From assembly GCA_963681965.1 (NCBI GenBank), contig OY820579.1, positions 2,688,001-2,752,000 on the forward strand: a DNA stretch of 64,000 bases, given 5' to 3'. The stretch is from a bacterium (GTDB lineage Bacteria > Electryoneota > JAOADG01). Below, piece by piece: positions 1-10,521 of this stretch; position 1 is the first letter of the stretch, and each line of letters begins with the position of its first letter. The notes beneath the pieces were generated by a model, which saw nothing but the letters and a program-made list of their open reading frames with translations, had not been told where the DNA came from and made no database searches. The position numbers and the translations under genes were made by a program.

Positions 1-33
1 TAACAAACTGTCCAGGAAAACGGGACCACTTCA
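1..33 (-). mobile_element. Terminal 33 bp (orfA-proximal IR) of a second copy of IS3-family element A; the rest lies left of the window
   Basis: 1-33 is identical to 42474-42506, the end of the intact element A (TGAAGTGGTCCCGTTTTCCTGGACAGTTT on the minus strand). Confidence 0.9.
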
Positions 34-176
34 TCGTCGGCACGACGAAGCGGTGCATACCGGTGACTCGTTCGTGGTTCGCAAAGAACCGTACAGACCC
101 GTCGTTCCGAGACCCGATCAATGCCCAGCGAATGGCGAACAGTAAGCGCAGTCTCGCGACGCTTCGCCGGGCACAC
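34..176 (-). pseudogene. 5' fragment of IS3 OrfB cut by the nested IS insertion
   Basis: Matches the first ~47 codons of orfB 42841-43716, then switches abruptly to the element A IR. Confidence 0.8.
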
Positions 177-451
177 TATTTTCCCTTGAGAGCCTCCTGC
201 AGGATCTCTTTGTCCAAGGTCAGATCAGATACGACCTTCCGAAGACGGCCATTCTCGCGTTCCAGTTCCTTCAAACGCTTCGCCTGATCCAGCTTCAAAC
301 CACCGTATTCCTTGCGCCAGTGGTAGTAAGTATGTTCCTGGATGCCCAACTTCCGGCAAACTTCACGGACGCTCATCCCCTTCCCAATCTCAACTTCCGC
401 TTCACGAAGCATCGGGATAATCTGCTCCGCAGTTCGCTTCACTCCACGCAT
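176..451 (-). CDS. IS3-family transposase OrfA (HTH)
   Basis: Identical to 43716-43991; has the typical ending KRLKELERENGRLRKVVSDLTLDKEIL. Confidence 0.9.
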   Translation of the reverse strand: MRGVKRTAEQIIPMLREAEVEIGKGMSVREVCRKLGIQEHTYYHWRKEYGGLKLDQAKRLKELERENGRLRKVVSDLTLDKEILQEALKGK

Positions 452-508
452 GAAAACCTCCCATAAAAGGTACTACTCTGACATAGAGAGTGGTACTACT
501 TTCGGGGG

Positions 509-1330
509 CTAGATCAGAAGTAATCCATAAAGTTGTATCAATGACGTATTCAGTTTCAATGTCGATGGGAGCTTTTCATAGAGATTAAAAAAGTCATTTG
601 ACAAATCTCTACCTTCAATCGAGTTAGTAAGAACTTGCCGACAGAAAGCTAACATTGCTAGACAAGTCACATACGACAAAGGATCAATAGAGGGGTCTCG
701 GCAAATAGAGAAATATTTCTTTAGTAATATTTCGGTCTTCTCGAATTCCTGCACTTGAAAGCGATGGTATGCTGCAATGTAAAGTACGCGAATGCACATT
801 AATGCTTCACGTGGATTCTGATCCATCAATTCGATCGCTGATAATACAACGGTTTCAGCTTCGTGAAAGCGATGGGCTTCGTAAAGGGCATGCGATAAAT
901 TAGCTGTATTATTGGCGAAATCGGCAGTATTTGTCAAACCTAGTTCCACGAAGATTCGATTTACTTTCTTTTGCATCTCGATTGCTTCATCGAACTTACC
1001 CATGGCTTGGAGAACAGCCGCCCAGTTTGCCAATAGCGATCGATAGAGATCATCCTTAGGTAGCAAGTGGGTATTTGCCTTCTCGAAACAACGATTCGCT
1101 TTTGGGTAATCCTGTTTCTCAGAATAAATGATTGCTTCGTGGCAATAGCATCGGGCAGTTTGGATCCGGTCTGATTGGTTAATCGCGAGGCGTAGTGCGC
1201 GGATAATTACTTTTTTCGCCTGATCAAATTCTCCGCTTATTCGTAAATCGCGAGAATAGTTAATCAACTCCGAAATCGATTGTGAATTCGGTTTGCTTTG
1301 CGAGAGTATTTGCGCCGATTTACTCCTCAT
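509..1330 (-). pseudogene. TPR-repeat protein, C-terminally truncated by IS element B (possibly a TPR-CHAT protein)
   Basis: TPR-like helices (AIIYSEKQDYPKANRCFEKA; AAVLQAMGKFDEAIEMQKK). The final codons and the TAG stop (C|TG ATC TAG) come from the IS IR. Confidence 0.75.
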
Positions 1331-1967
1331 TATGTCGACGGAAGAAAATCAAATAGGTAGATGCTGTGACGTTTTGGAATGAAAATACGGATTGCTTTTG
1401 TTGATTAATACAATATTCAATCCGGCTATTATTGAGGCGAATACGATCGACCATGATGGCTGCCTTGTATTCTTGTTTTGGGTCTTCTATTTCGATTGTC
1501 ACTTCTTGAGACGGCACAGTAATCTTGCATTCGGGAATAGAATCAGTAGTTACATGAACTGGAACTTTTGCAAGAGGAGCATTAGCGTCCAGACCACGGT
1601 ATTCACCAATAGTGGCAATAACTCGAATTGATGGCGGTACGGAAAAATCGAATAACTGGTTAACAGTCCGTTGTTGAAGATCCGAGATCCACGATCTAAT
1701 AAACTTCGATGCTTTGTGTTTTTTGTTCAAGACGGTTTGTAATGATTTTAATAGTATTGATGCCGGTTCGTAAACATTTTCTATGCTCAGTGGGATACGT
1801 TCCATTTGCAGATAAATTGACTGAGCCAGTCGATACTGATTACGGCAAGAGGTGCAGGCTTCTAAATGAACCAAGTGATGCTGATCCTGCATAGTTACCT
1901 CGACTTGCTCAGTAAGCGAGAGATCAATCAATCGTTCCAAATCAAGAGTGGATAAGTGCTTGGTCAT
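1320..1967 (-). CDS. Soluble zinc-finger (ZAS/zf-HC2) anti-sigma-like protein
   Basis: HxxxCxxC motif HLEACTSC near the N-terminus; lies directly downstream of an ECF sigma; RBS GAGG; no TM helix seen. Confidence 0.7.
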   Translation of the reverse strand: MTKHLSTLDLERLIDLSLTEQVEVTMQDQHHLVHLEACTSCRNQYRLAQSIYLQMERIPLSIENVYEPASILLKSLQTVLNKKHKASKFIRSWISDLQQRTVNQLFDFSVPPSIRVIATIGEYRGLDANAPLAKVPVHVTTDSIPECKITVPSQEVTIEIEDPKQEYKAAIMVDRIRLNNSRIEYCINQQKQSVFSFQNVTASTYLIFFRRHNEE

Positions 1968-2021
1968 AATCTACCTCGATGTCCTCTTAATTATACTCAT
2001 TCACATTCAGTGTATCGCAGG

Positions 2022-2843
2022 TCACATGATTCGTGTGATTGATTTTGCCATTTTCACCGAGAGGCGCTTTCGAACGTTGTAGTTCCAATTACTTACAATA
2101 CTAGCGCCAGCGATGCCCTGAGCGCAAACGAATACTTCAAATTCAATATTTCCACAGATTTTCAAGAGGATTTGATTGTACCGAGCGATAGAGACACTGT
2201 CGTTCCTTGAAAGCAAATTTTGAACAGAGCGATGCAATTCCTGACCGATTTTCGAAAATAACTGATCAATGAGTTGAGAGTTAAATTTGTAGTTTGCTTC
2301 GAATTCGGTTTGCCATTTCGCACAAAGTGCATACAACGTCTCCCGGGAAAATTCATTCACCAACTCGAGTGGAGTGATTTTGGAAGAACTAGTATGACAA
2401 AGACCAAAGGAGATTACTTGCCATGGCGTGCCTGAATTTATCAAATGATTCATGAAGATCTTGAATGTTCGATCTGACCCTTCGGGAGTATGACTTTGTT
2501 CAGAGACAAATTCACTTTGTTCATCGATTCGAATTACCTCTAATCGGTTTCTTACCGTTCGATTTAAAAAAGTTTTCACGTGATTGGAAGCAATTGTGTA
2601 AGCCCAAGTTGAAAACTTGACATTTCGATTAAAATCGAAAGTCTTGGTTGAATCAACTAGTTTGATAACGATTTCTTGTGTGAGGTCTTCTAATTCAGTA
2701 TTGCTGCATACGCCTGAGTAAACCATCTTGGAAATTATTTGTCGAGTAAAGTCAGCGGATTGAAGATAAAGTTCATTCAGTGCTTCACGATCGTTTGCGC
2801 GCACTCGTTCTATCAAGTGATTATTGAATAAATTCTTTTCCAT
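2022..2843 (-). CDS. ECF-type sigma-70 factor with an atypical, expanded region 4
   Basis: Region 2 motif DREALNELY...EDLTQEIVIKL..FDF...KFSTWAYTIASN; C-terminal SIVSNWNYNVRKRL resembles region 4.2. Confidence 0.85.
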   Translation of the reverse strand: MEKNLFNNHLIERVRANDREALNELYLQSADFTRQIISKMVYSGVCSNTELEDLTQEIVIKLVDSTKTFDFNRNVKFSTWAYTIASNHVKTFLNRTVRNRLEVIRIDEQSEFVSEQSHTPEGSDRTFKIFMNHLINSGTPWQVISFGLCHTSSSKITPLELVNEFSRETLYALCAKWQTEFEANYKFNSQLIDQLFSKIGQELHRSVQNLLSRNDSVSIARYNQILLKICGNIEFEVFVCAQGIAGASIVSNWNYNVRKRLSVKMAKSITRIM

Positions 2844-3117
2844 TTACTTACGAAGGAATTTGGTTGAATTCGGAATCAAGGTCGTTTATTGAACGCTCGA
2901 ATCCAGCAATTAGTCCAGATTCAAGTCAGTATTGCAATAATGATTACACTGCAGCACTAGCATTCAAGATACCATAATTTAATGTGAATTGACTAATAAT
3001 TACAATATCTGTGTCTCTTGTAAATTGTTACTGACGGAAATCTCAATTTGGAGTCGATCATCTACTGCCGTTTTTATTCAAATCCCACATAGATAGTTAT
3101 CAATTAATTCCCGACTC

Positions 3118-3188
3118 TTTACATTTTCTTTACACCTTCTACTATCCTTCCACATTGATCTTTTACATCTTCTCGATCTTCTTATAAT
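3118..3188 (+). promoter_or_regulatory. kdp promoter with KdpE-box-like direct repeat and -10 box
   Basis: TTTACA-TTTTC-TTTACA at 3118-3134 resembles the E. coli KdpE site TTTATACTTTTTTTACA. A third TTTACA is at 3162-3167 and TATAAT at 3183-3188. Confidence 0.65.
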
Positions 3189-3333
3189 GAAATGGTTGGA
3201 AGGGAGGAGGTAGATGATGCAATTGACTTTATTTATGGCAGTGATAAGCGGCTTTGCTGTTGTTAAGACTCACATCAGATTGCATCGATTGGGATTGGAA
3301 TTGGATAAAGCACTGGATGGAAGGAGAGAGACA

Positions 3334-3423
3334 ATGGCAATATTGTATATCATCGCAGCAATAGTCGCGATCTTTGTCTTCACTTATTTGCTAGTAGCGT
3401 TGTTTCATCCGGAGAAGTTCTAA
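3334..3423 (+). CDS. kdpF: K+-transporting ATPase subunit F (possibly extended in frame from 3214)
   Basis: 29 aa hydrophobic peptide ending YLLVALFHPEKF; AGGAG RBS; its stop overlaps the kdpA start. Confidence 0.88.
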   Translation: MAILYIIAAIVAIFVFTYLLVALFHPEKF

Positions 3424-5150
3424 TGAACAATTCTGATTTTCTGCAAATCGGGATCTACTTCATTGTTCTGTTGATACTTGCAAAGCCGCTTGGAACTTAC
3501 ATTGCAACTGTGATCGAATCAGATTGTAGATCAAAGCGCTTGCCGATCAGTTGGTTAGAACGATCAATCTACCGGATCTGCAACATCGATCCGCTTGTAG
3601 AAATGAATTGGAAGCAGTATGCGATTGCAGTCATGATGTTCAATGTTAGTGGAGTGGTGATCTTATTTTTGATCTTGTTAACACAGCATTGGATGCCGTT
3701 GAATCCCGAACATCGGAATGCGGTTCCATTTGCACTAGCATTGAACACTTCCGTTAGTTTCGTAACAAATACCAACTGGCAATCGTATAGTGGTGAATCG
3801 ACGTTGAGTTACTTTTCGCAGATGGTTGGACTCACTGTTCAGAATTTTCTTTCTGCTGCTACTGGAATTGCTGTGATGGCTGCGTTGATTCGCGGACTGG
3901 TACGTAAAAATGTGGCAACTATCGGGAACTTCTGGATTGATCTAGTTCGCTCTACTATCTATATACTGTTACCACTTTCGATACTCCTTTCGATAGTGTT
4001 GATATGGCAAGGAGTTCCGCAAACCTTCTCGCCCACCTTAACAACGAAACTTATGGAACCGGTGCAGCAGGATTCGCTCACGAAAGTTACTACTCAATCC
4101 ATCCCATTAGGACCAGTAGCTTCACAGATTGCGATCAAACAACTCGGTACGAACGGTGGTGGTTTCTACAATGTGAATTCAGCACACCCATTCGAGAATC
4201 CAACCCCACTCTCGAATTTCTTGGAAATGCTATCACTAATCCTCATTCCAACTGCACTCTGCTTCACATTCGGAAAGATGGTTGGGGATGCGCGGCAGGG
4301 GAATGCGTTACTGCTTACAATGTTAGTACTGTTTGCACTGTTTCTGTATGTGGGACTGTGGCAAGAGTATCAACCAAATCCGAATCTAGTATCCATTCAC
4401 GGATTAAATTCAACTCAAGCAAATATGGAGGGTAAAGAAGTTCGATTTGGTGTTGCGAACTCGGTTCTTTGGGCAACTGCCACCACTGCTGCTTCCAATG
4501 GATCCGTGATTGCGATGCATGACAGTTTTTCACCTTTGGGTGGTTTAGTTCCAATGCTATTGATGCAATTAGGTGAAATTGTGTTTGGTGGTGTCGGATC
4601 GGGGCTGTACGGAATGATCGTCTTTGCAATTGTTGCAGTATTCATTGCTGGTTTGATGGTAGGTCGAACACCGGAGTATTTGGGAAAAAAGATTGAATCC
4701 TTCGAAATGAAAATGGTCTCGATTGTATTACTGGTTCCTATTCTTGTCGTACTCATCGGGACAGCGATCGCCGTGATTATTCCAGCAGGTAAAGCGGGGG
4801 TATTCAATCCGGGAGTACACGGTTTCAGCGAAATTCTATATGCATTATCCTCAGCTGCCAACAACAATGGTAGTTCATTTGCCGGACTAAGTGCGAATTC
4901 CAATTTTTATAATTATCTGCTTGCGTTTGCGATGTTCATTGGTCGCTTTATGGTAATTGTGCCAGTTTTGGCTATTGCAGGATCAATGGGCGAAAAGAAG
5001 AGTGTACCTGCTGGACCCGGGACCTTTCCAACTACGGGATGGTTGTTTATCGGAATCCTTAGTGCTGTGATTCTCATTGTCGGCGCGTTGAGTTTCTTTC
5101 CAGCGCTTGCATTAGGTCCCATCGTCGAACACTACCAATTATTCCGGTAG
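3423..5150 (+). CDS. kdpA: K+-transporting ATPase subunit A
   Basis: Motifs SFVTNTNWQSYSGE, IKQLGTNGGG, SAHPFENP, GRTPEYLGKKIE and NNGSSFAG. Confidence 0.98.
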   Translation: MNNSDFLQIGIYFIVLLILAKPLGTYIATVIESDCRSKRLPISWLERSIYRICNIDPLVEMNWKQYAIAVMMFNVSGVVILFLILLTQHWMPLNPEHRNAVPFALALNTSVSFVTNTNWQSYSGESTLSYFSQMVGLTVQNFLSAATGIAVMAALIRGLVRKNVATIGNFWIDLVRSTIYILLPLSILLSIVLIWQGVPQTFSPTLTTKLMEPVQQDSLTKVTTQSIPLGPVASQIAIKQLGTNGGGFYNVNSAHPFENPTPLSNFLEMLSLILIPTALCFTFGKMVGDARQGNALLLTMLVLFALFLYVGLWQEYQPNPNLVSIHGLNSTQANMEGKEVRFGVANSVLWATATTAASNGSVIAMHDSFSPLGGLVPMLLMQLGEIVFGGVGSGLYGMIVFAIVAVFIAGLMVGRTPEYLGKKIESFEMKMVSIVLLVPILVVLIGTAIAVIIPAGKAGVFNPGVHGFSEILYALSSAANNNGSSFAGLSANSNFYNYLLAFAMFIGRFMVIVPVLAIAGSMGEKKSVPAGPGTFPTTGWLFIGILSAVILIVGALSFFPALALGPIVEHYQLFR

Positions 5151-5160
5151 CAGGTGAATA

Positions 5161-7230
5161 ATGGAAAAAAAATCACTTAACTCGCAACAGTTGCGTGAAC
5201 AGATTTTCGAAGCGATTCAGGACTCATTTCGAAAAATGAATCCGAAGACTCAATTGCGCAATCCTGTAATGTTTGTAGTATACATCGGTAGCATTTTTAC
5301 TACCGGGTTATATATACAATCGATAATCGGGCAGGGGGAAGCGCCCAGCTCATTTATCTTCGGCGTGACACTTTGGCTTTGGTTTACAGTATTGTTTGCC
5401 AACTTTGCCGAAGCTATTGCGGAAGGGCGAGGCAGAGCTCAAGCTGAAAGCCTCCGGAAAGCACGCAAGGATGTTACTGCTAAAAAACTTTCGGATCCAG
5501 TTCGAACTAGTATCTCAATATTGGTAGCTGCTTCGACCATGACAAAAGGGGATATATATCTGGTGGAAGCGGGTGATGTTCTTCCTGCCGATGGCGAAGT
5601 GATCGAAGGAGTCGCTTCTGTCGATGAAAGTGCGATAACTGGTGAAAGCGCACCAGTTATTCGCGAGAGCGGTGGTGATCGCAGTTCGGTAACAGGAGGT
5701 ACTAGAATTTTGTCCGATTGGCTGGTCGTTCGGGTAACTGCAAAGCCGGGCGAATCGTTTCTAGACCGGATGATAGCAATGGTCGAAGGGGCAAAGAGAC
5801 AGAAGACACCCAATGAAATCGCACTGAACATTCTACTTGCAGCGATGACAATCATATTCCTCTTGGTAACGGCGACGTTGCTCCCATTTTCGATCTTTGC
5901 TGTAGAAACGGCAAAAGGTGGTAATGTCATCTCCATAACAGTTTTGATATCATTACTGGTTTGCTTAGCACCCACTACCATTGGTGCGTTACTTTCCGCA
6001 ATTGGTATCGCAGGCATGAATCGCCTAAGTCAATTCAATGTCATCGCAATGTCGGGGCGTGCGGTGGAGGCTGCTGGTGATGTCGATGTACTGCTTCTCG
6101 ATAAGACCGGCACTATTACTCTTGGAAATCGACAGGCAGTTGAGTTTCTTCCAGTGAAAGGCGTGATTGAAAAGGAATTGGCTGAAGCTGCTCAGTTATC
6201 CTCTTTGGCAGATGAAACTCCGGAAGGACGTAGCATTGTCATATTGGCAAAGAACCGGTTTTCGATTCGCGAGCGCAGCATTGAACAGTTGGGTGTTCAC
6301 TTCATACCATTCTCTGCCAATACTCGTATGAGTGGTGTTGATTTTCATGGGAAAGAGATTCGTAAAGGTGCAGCAGATAGCATCGAAAAATACATTATTT
6401 CGAATGGTGGTATAATTCCTCCGGAGTTGACATCGATTGTTCAAAGCGTTGCTCACAAAGGTGGTACACCATTGGTTGTTACTGAGAAACACCGTGTACT
6501 CGGTGTGATTCATTTGAAGGACATCGTGAAAGGTGGCATCAAAGAACGGTTTGTGCAATTGCGTAAAATTGGGATTAAAACCGTGATGATCACAGGTGAC
6601 AATCCTCTCACTGCAGCTGCTATAGCAGCCGAGGCTGGTGTCGATGATTTTCTTGCAGAAGCGACACCGGAAGCCAAGTTAAAATTGATTAGGGAGTTTC
6701 AGCAGGCAGGTCATTTGGTCGCAATGTGTGGCGATGGCACCAACGATGCTCCGGCGCTGGCACAAGCCGATGTCGCTGTAGCAATGAATACAGGTACCCA
6801 AGCAGCAAAAGAAGCCGGTAATATGATCGACCTCGATTCCAATCCAACCAAACTTATCGAAGTCACACAGATCGGAAAGCAACTCCTGATGACTCGGGGT
6901 GCATTGACAACCTTTAGTATTTCGAATGACGTTGCCAAGTATTTCGCTATTCTACCCGCAGCGTTCGCATCGACTTATCCTGAACTGAATAAACTCAATG
7001 TAATGGGATTGACTTCACCACATAGTGCCATTCTTTCAGCAGTGATCTTCAATGCTTTGGTCATTATTCTGTTGATTCCACTCGCGCTTCGCGGAGTGAA
7101 GTATCGTCCACTTCCTGCATCGCAACTGCTATCGAGGAACATATTCATCTACGGTATCGGTGGACTTATTGTTCCATTTGTCGGTATCAAATTGATCGAT
7201 CTGATTCTCGGCATATTTCATCTGGTCTAG
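5161..7230 (+). CDS. kdpB: K+-transporting P-type ATPase subunit B
   Basis: Motifs [15 protein letters not shown] (phosphorylation site), TGDN and [10 protein letters not shown]. Confidence 0.98.
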   Translation: MEKKSLNSQQLREQIFEAIQDSFRKMNPKTQLRNPVMFVVYIGSIFTTGLYIQSIIGQGEAPSSFIFGVTLWLWFTVLFANFAEAIAEGRGRAQAESLRKARKDVTAKKLSDPVRTSISILVAASTMTKGDIYLVEAGDVLPADGEVIEGVASVDESAITGESAPVIRESGGDRSSVTGGTRILSDWLVVRVTAKPGESFLDRMIAMVEGAKRQKTPNEIALNILLAAMTIIFLLVTATLLPFSIFAVETAKGGNVISITVLISLLVCLAPTTIGALLSAIGIAGMNRLSQFNVIAMSGRAVEAAGDVDVLLLDKTGTITLGNRQAVEFLPVKGVIEKELAEAAQLSSLADETPEGRSIVILAKNRFSIRERSIEQLGVHFIPFSANTRMSGVDFHGKEIRKGAADSIEKYIISNGGIIPPELTSIVQSVAHKGGTPLVVTEKHRVLGVIHLKDIVKGGIKERFVQLRKIGIKTVMITGDNPLTAAAIAAEAGVDDFLAEATPEAKLKLIREFQQAGHLVAMCGDGTNDAPALAQADVAVAMNTGTQAAKEAGNMIDLDSNPTKLIEVTQIGKQLLMTRGALTTFSISNDVAKYFAILPAAFASTYPELNKLNVMGLTSPHSAILSAVIFNALVIILLIPLALRGVKYRPLPASQLLSRNIFIYGIGGLIVPFVGIKLIDLILGIFHLV

Positions 7231-7237
7231 GAAAACC

Positions 7238-7828
7238 ATGAAACAGCTCTTCTATCAATCGGCGAAAATGCTAATCATATTGATTCTGCTCACTGGTGTG
7301 GTTTATCCCACGTTGATTACCATTGTCGGGCACTTTGTTTTTCCTCGCCAAGCATCTGGAAGCGTAATCAAAAATGGAGAAGTGCTCGTTGGATCAGAGT
7401 TAATTGGACAGCATTTTACCTCATCGAAGTACTTCTGGAGTCGCCCATCTGCGACTTTGCCTGTGTCCTATAACGCAGCCTCTTCGAGTGGATCTAATGT
7501 GGGTCCATCGAACCCAGCATTGGTAAAACAGGCAAAACTGCGAGAGACTCAATTGAAACAATCTGATAGTAGTAACTCACAACTGATTCCCATTGATCTT
7601 ATAACCAGCTCAGGCAGTGGACTTGATCCACATATATCTCCCGAAGCTACCCGGTATCAGATTTCCCGTATTGCGAAACTACGTGGTTGTGATCGAGTGT
7701 TTCTGGAAAATCTCGTCACTCGCTTCACTGAGACAAGGCAATTAGGTATTTTAGGTGAATCGCGTGTAAACGTAGTGAAACTTAACTTAGCTCTCGACTC
7801 ATTATGTCCAATAATAACAAAACAATAG
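7238..7828 (+). CDS. kdpC: K+-transporting ATPase subunit C
   Basis: Motifs GSELIGQ, YFWSRPSA, SGSGLDPHIS and VNVVKLNLALD. Confidence 0.97.
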   Translation: MKQLFYQSAKMLIILILLTGVVYPTLITIVGHFVFPRQASGSVIKNGEVLVGSELIGQHFTSSKYFWSRPSATLPVSYNAASSSGSNVGPSNPALVKQAKLRETQLKQSDSSNSQLIPIDLITSSGSGLDPHISPEATRYQISRIAKLRGCDRVFLENLVTRFTETRQLGILGESRVNVVKLNLALDSLCPIITKQ

Positions 7829-10521
7829 ATTACGAACGTCCCAATCCGGATGATTTAATCGAACGGATCAAACTGGAAGATAGTGTCTCCCCTCGGGGAC
7901 GACTAGTCATTTTCTTTGGGTATGCCGCCGGAGTTGGAAAAACCTATAAAATGCTTGAGGCTGCCAGAGCACAGAAATCTGCAGGTATTGATGTTGTTAT
8001 TGGTTTTGTACAACCCCATGGACGAATTGAGACTGAAACATTGATGAGTAGTCTCGAGTGTCTTCCCACTTCAAAAATCGAGTATCGATCGATCCAGATT
8101 GACGAATTTGATATCGATGCAGCTTTACAAAGAAAGCCAAAGCTAATACTAGTTGACGAACTGGCACATACAAATACACCTGAATGCAGACACCCCAAAC
8201 GCTGGCAAGACATCGAAGATTTGCGTGATTCCGGTATCGATGTTTTTACTACGCTAAATGTTCAGCACCTTGAAACGCTCAACGATGTTGTGGCTCAAAT
8301 TACTGGCGTTATTGTTCAAGAGACGATACCAGATGCCGTTTTCGATAGTGCAGACGAAATCGAACTTATCGACTTGCCTCCCGATGAGTTATTGGATCGC
8401 TTGAAACATGGCAAAGTGTATTTACCCAAGCAGATCGAACGGGCACTAAGTAATTTCTTTATCAAACCGAACCTGATCGCACTTCGGGAACTGGCGTTGC
8501 GAAAGACGACTGAACGAATTAATCAACAGGTTCAGACCGCCCGCAAGAGTATGGGTTCCGAGAAGATCTGGCAAACCGGCGAGAAATTACTAGTATGTGT
8601 GAGTCCTAATTCGTTGAGTCCGAAAGTCATTCGCACGGCAAAGCGAATAGCAACATCTTTGCAAACCAATTGGATTGCAGCGCACGTTGAAACTCCACAC
8701 TCACAGCGGATCAGTGATAAAAGTCGACAGGCGTTATTGAAGCATTTGCACCTTGCTGAAACACTTGGCGCCGAGATTGTCACACTGAGTGGCAACAATC
8801 GTGCTGATGAGATTCTCGATTATGCTCATCATCGGAATATTTCTCAAATCATCGTCGGTTATAGTGATCGACCATGGTGGAAACAGTTTTTTCGAGAAGC
8901 AATTTCTTCGGAATTGCAAAGGAAAAGCACTGATATCGATGTTTTAGTAGTAGTGGGAACTACCGAGAAAGTAGATGCAGCGGATTCACCATTACCAGAT
9001 GTCAAAGAAATCAAAGGGTACAAGCGCAGCCTTGCTGTTGTAGCACTCTGCACTGCAATCGCTTACTTGATGCACTATTTTCAACTAGCTGAAGCCAACA
9101 AGGTGATGGTTTTTTTGCTGGGTGTCGTATTCATTGCAGCTCGGTATGGTGCCGGTCCCGGAATATTGGCATCTATCGTAAGTGTTCTGCTATTCGATTT
9201 CTTGATGGTAAAGCCCTTTGTATCATTTGCAGTACAGGATACCGAGTATATCCTGACCTTTTTAGTGATGCTTGCAATCGCGATACTGATCAGCACTCTT
9301 ACTTCACGGATCGCACAGCAGTCTGATATGTTACGCCGAAGAATGCAGCGAACTGAAGCACTCTATCGATTATCGAGACAGCTTGCCAGTACCGCTGGGT
9401 TTCATCAATTAATTGAGGTTGCAGATAAAGAACTTTCCGAAATGTTCGATTCGCAGATTGTTGTATATGTCCGTAAAGGAGCGAATGATTTTACCCCTGT
9501 GACGCAAGATTCGGATTATTTTACTACCGATTTCATTGAACATGGTGTTGCGATGTGGGCATTTACCCATGTTCAAATCACGGGACGGGGTACCGATACT
9601 TTACCTCAAGCGAAAACACTTTATTTACCATTGGTTGGAACCCGTGGTGCGTTAGGTGTGCTGGGTCTTCGACCGAGAAAATCGAATGTAATATTCATGC
9701 CAGAGCAGATGGAAACGTTAGAGACGCTATCAGGTCAAATCGCTTTAGCATTGGAACGAGAACTTTTTTCGGATCAAGTTCAGAAAGGTTTGTTGGACAT
9801 TGAGTCCGAGCGATTGCGGAGCAGCCTATTGAGTTCAATCTCCCATGATCTACGAACACCCCTTTCTGTAATTTCAGGTGAAATCCAAAACCTACTCGGT
9901 CGAACAGATCTGACGGGAGATCACGATGTGTTAATGTCGTTATCTACAGCCGCAGGAGAAGCAAAACGATTAAATCGCTATATTGATAATCTGCTTATGA
10001 TAACCAGACTGGAGGCAGGATCAATCGTTCCTGACCTGCAATGGAATGTGATTGATGATGTAATCGGAAGCGCTATAAGTGCAGTCAAAGTGGACTTATC
10101 AGGAAAAGAAATAAAATTAAACGTTCCTGAAACTCCCCCTGTAAAAATGGATAGTGTACTCATCGAACGGGTATTGATTAACTTGTTGGATAATGCAATT
10201 AAGTTTTCGGCTCCAGACACAGAAATTGAGTTAGAAGTCAATTCCTCTTCTGATATGCTGCAAGTATCGATCTCGGATCGTGGAATTGGTATGCCCGACG
10301 GAATGGAAGATAAAATTTTCGAAAAGTTCTACCGATCCGACCGGGATAATCATAATAGAAAATTGGGTACAGGATTAGGATTGTCGATCTGTAAGTCGAT
10401 TTTGATTATGCACAATGGGTCAATTACTGCTACAAATCGCGATGGAGGAGGTACAATCGTATCTTTCCGATTACCATTAACCAGTAATACCGAACCAACG
10501 AAACGAATTAATGATGTCTAA
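7804..10521 (+). CDS. kdpD: Sensor histidine kinase KdpD
   Basis: GYAAGVGKTY, LVDELAHTN, Usp domain, 4 TM helices, GAF, SHDLRTPL H-box and HATPase. Confidence 0.97.
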   Translation: MSNNNKTIDYERPNPDDLIERIKLEDSVSPRGRLVIFFGYAAGVGKTYKMLEAARAQKSAGIDVVIGFVQPHGRIETETLMSSLECLPTSKIEYRSIQIDEFDIDAALQRKPKLILVDELAHTNTPECRHPKRWQDIEDLRDSGIDVFTTLNVQHLETLNDVVAQITGVIVQETIPDAVFDSADEIELIDLPPDELLDRLKHGKVYLPKQIERALSNFFIKPNLIALRELALRKTTERINQQVQTARKSMGSEKIWQTGEKLLVCVSPNSLSPKVIRTAKRIATSLQTNWIAAHVETPHSQRISDKSRQALLKHLHLAETLGAEIVTLSGNNRADEILDYAHHRNISQIIVGYSDRPWWKQFFREAISSELQRKSTDIDVLVVVGTTEKVDAADSPLPDVKEIKGYKRSLAVVALCTAIAYLMHYFQLAEANKVMVFLLGVVFIAARYGAGPGILASIVSVLLFDFLMVKPFVSFAVQDTEYILTFLVMLAIAILISTLTSRIAQQSDMLRRRMQRTEALYRLSRQLASTAGFHQLIEVADKELSEMFDSQIVVYVRKGANDFTPVTQDSDYFTTDFIEHGVAMWAFTHVQITGRGTDTLPQAKTLYLPLVGTRGALGVLGLRPRKSNVIFMPEQMETLETLSGQIALALERELFSDQVQKGLLDIESERLRSSLLSSISHDLRTPLSVISGEIQNLLGRTDLTGDHDVLMSLSTAAGEAKRLNRYIDNLLMITRLEAGSIVPDLQWNVIDDVIGSAISAVKVDLSGKEIKLNVPETPPVKMDSVLIERVLINLLDNAIKFSAPDTEIELEVNSSSDMLQVSISDRGIGMPDGMEDKIFEKFYRSDRDNHNRKLGTGLGLSICKSILIMHNGSITATNRDGGGTIVSFRLPLTSNTEPTKRINDV

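Larger units (their letters stand above)
34..516 (-). mobile_element. Partial copy of IS3-family element B (IR, orfA and start of orfB), interrupted by element A
   Basis: 34-516 matches 43574-44056 over 483 bp and ends in the IR TGATCTAGCCCCCG. Confidence 0.92.
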
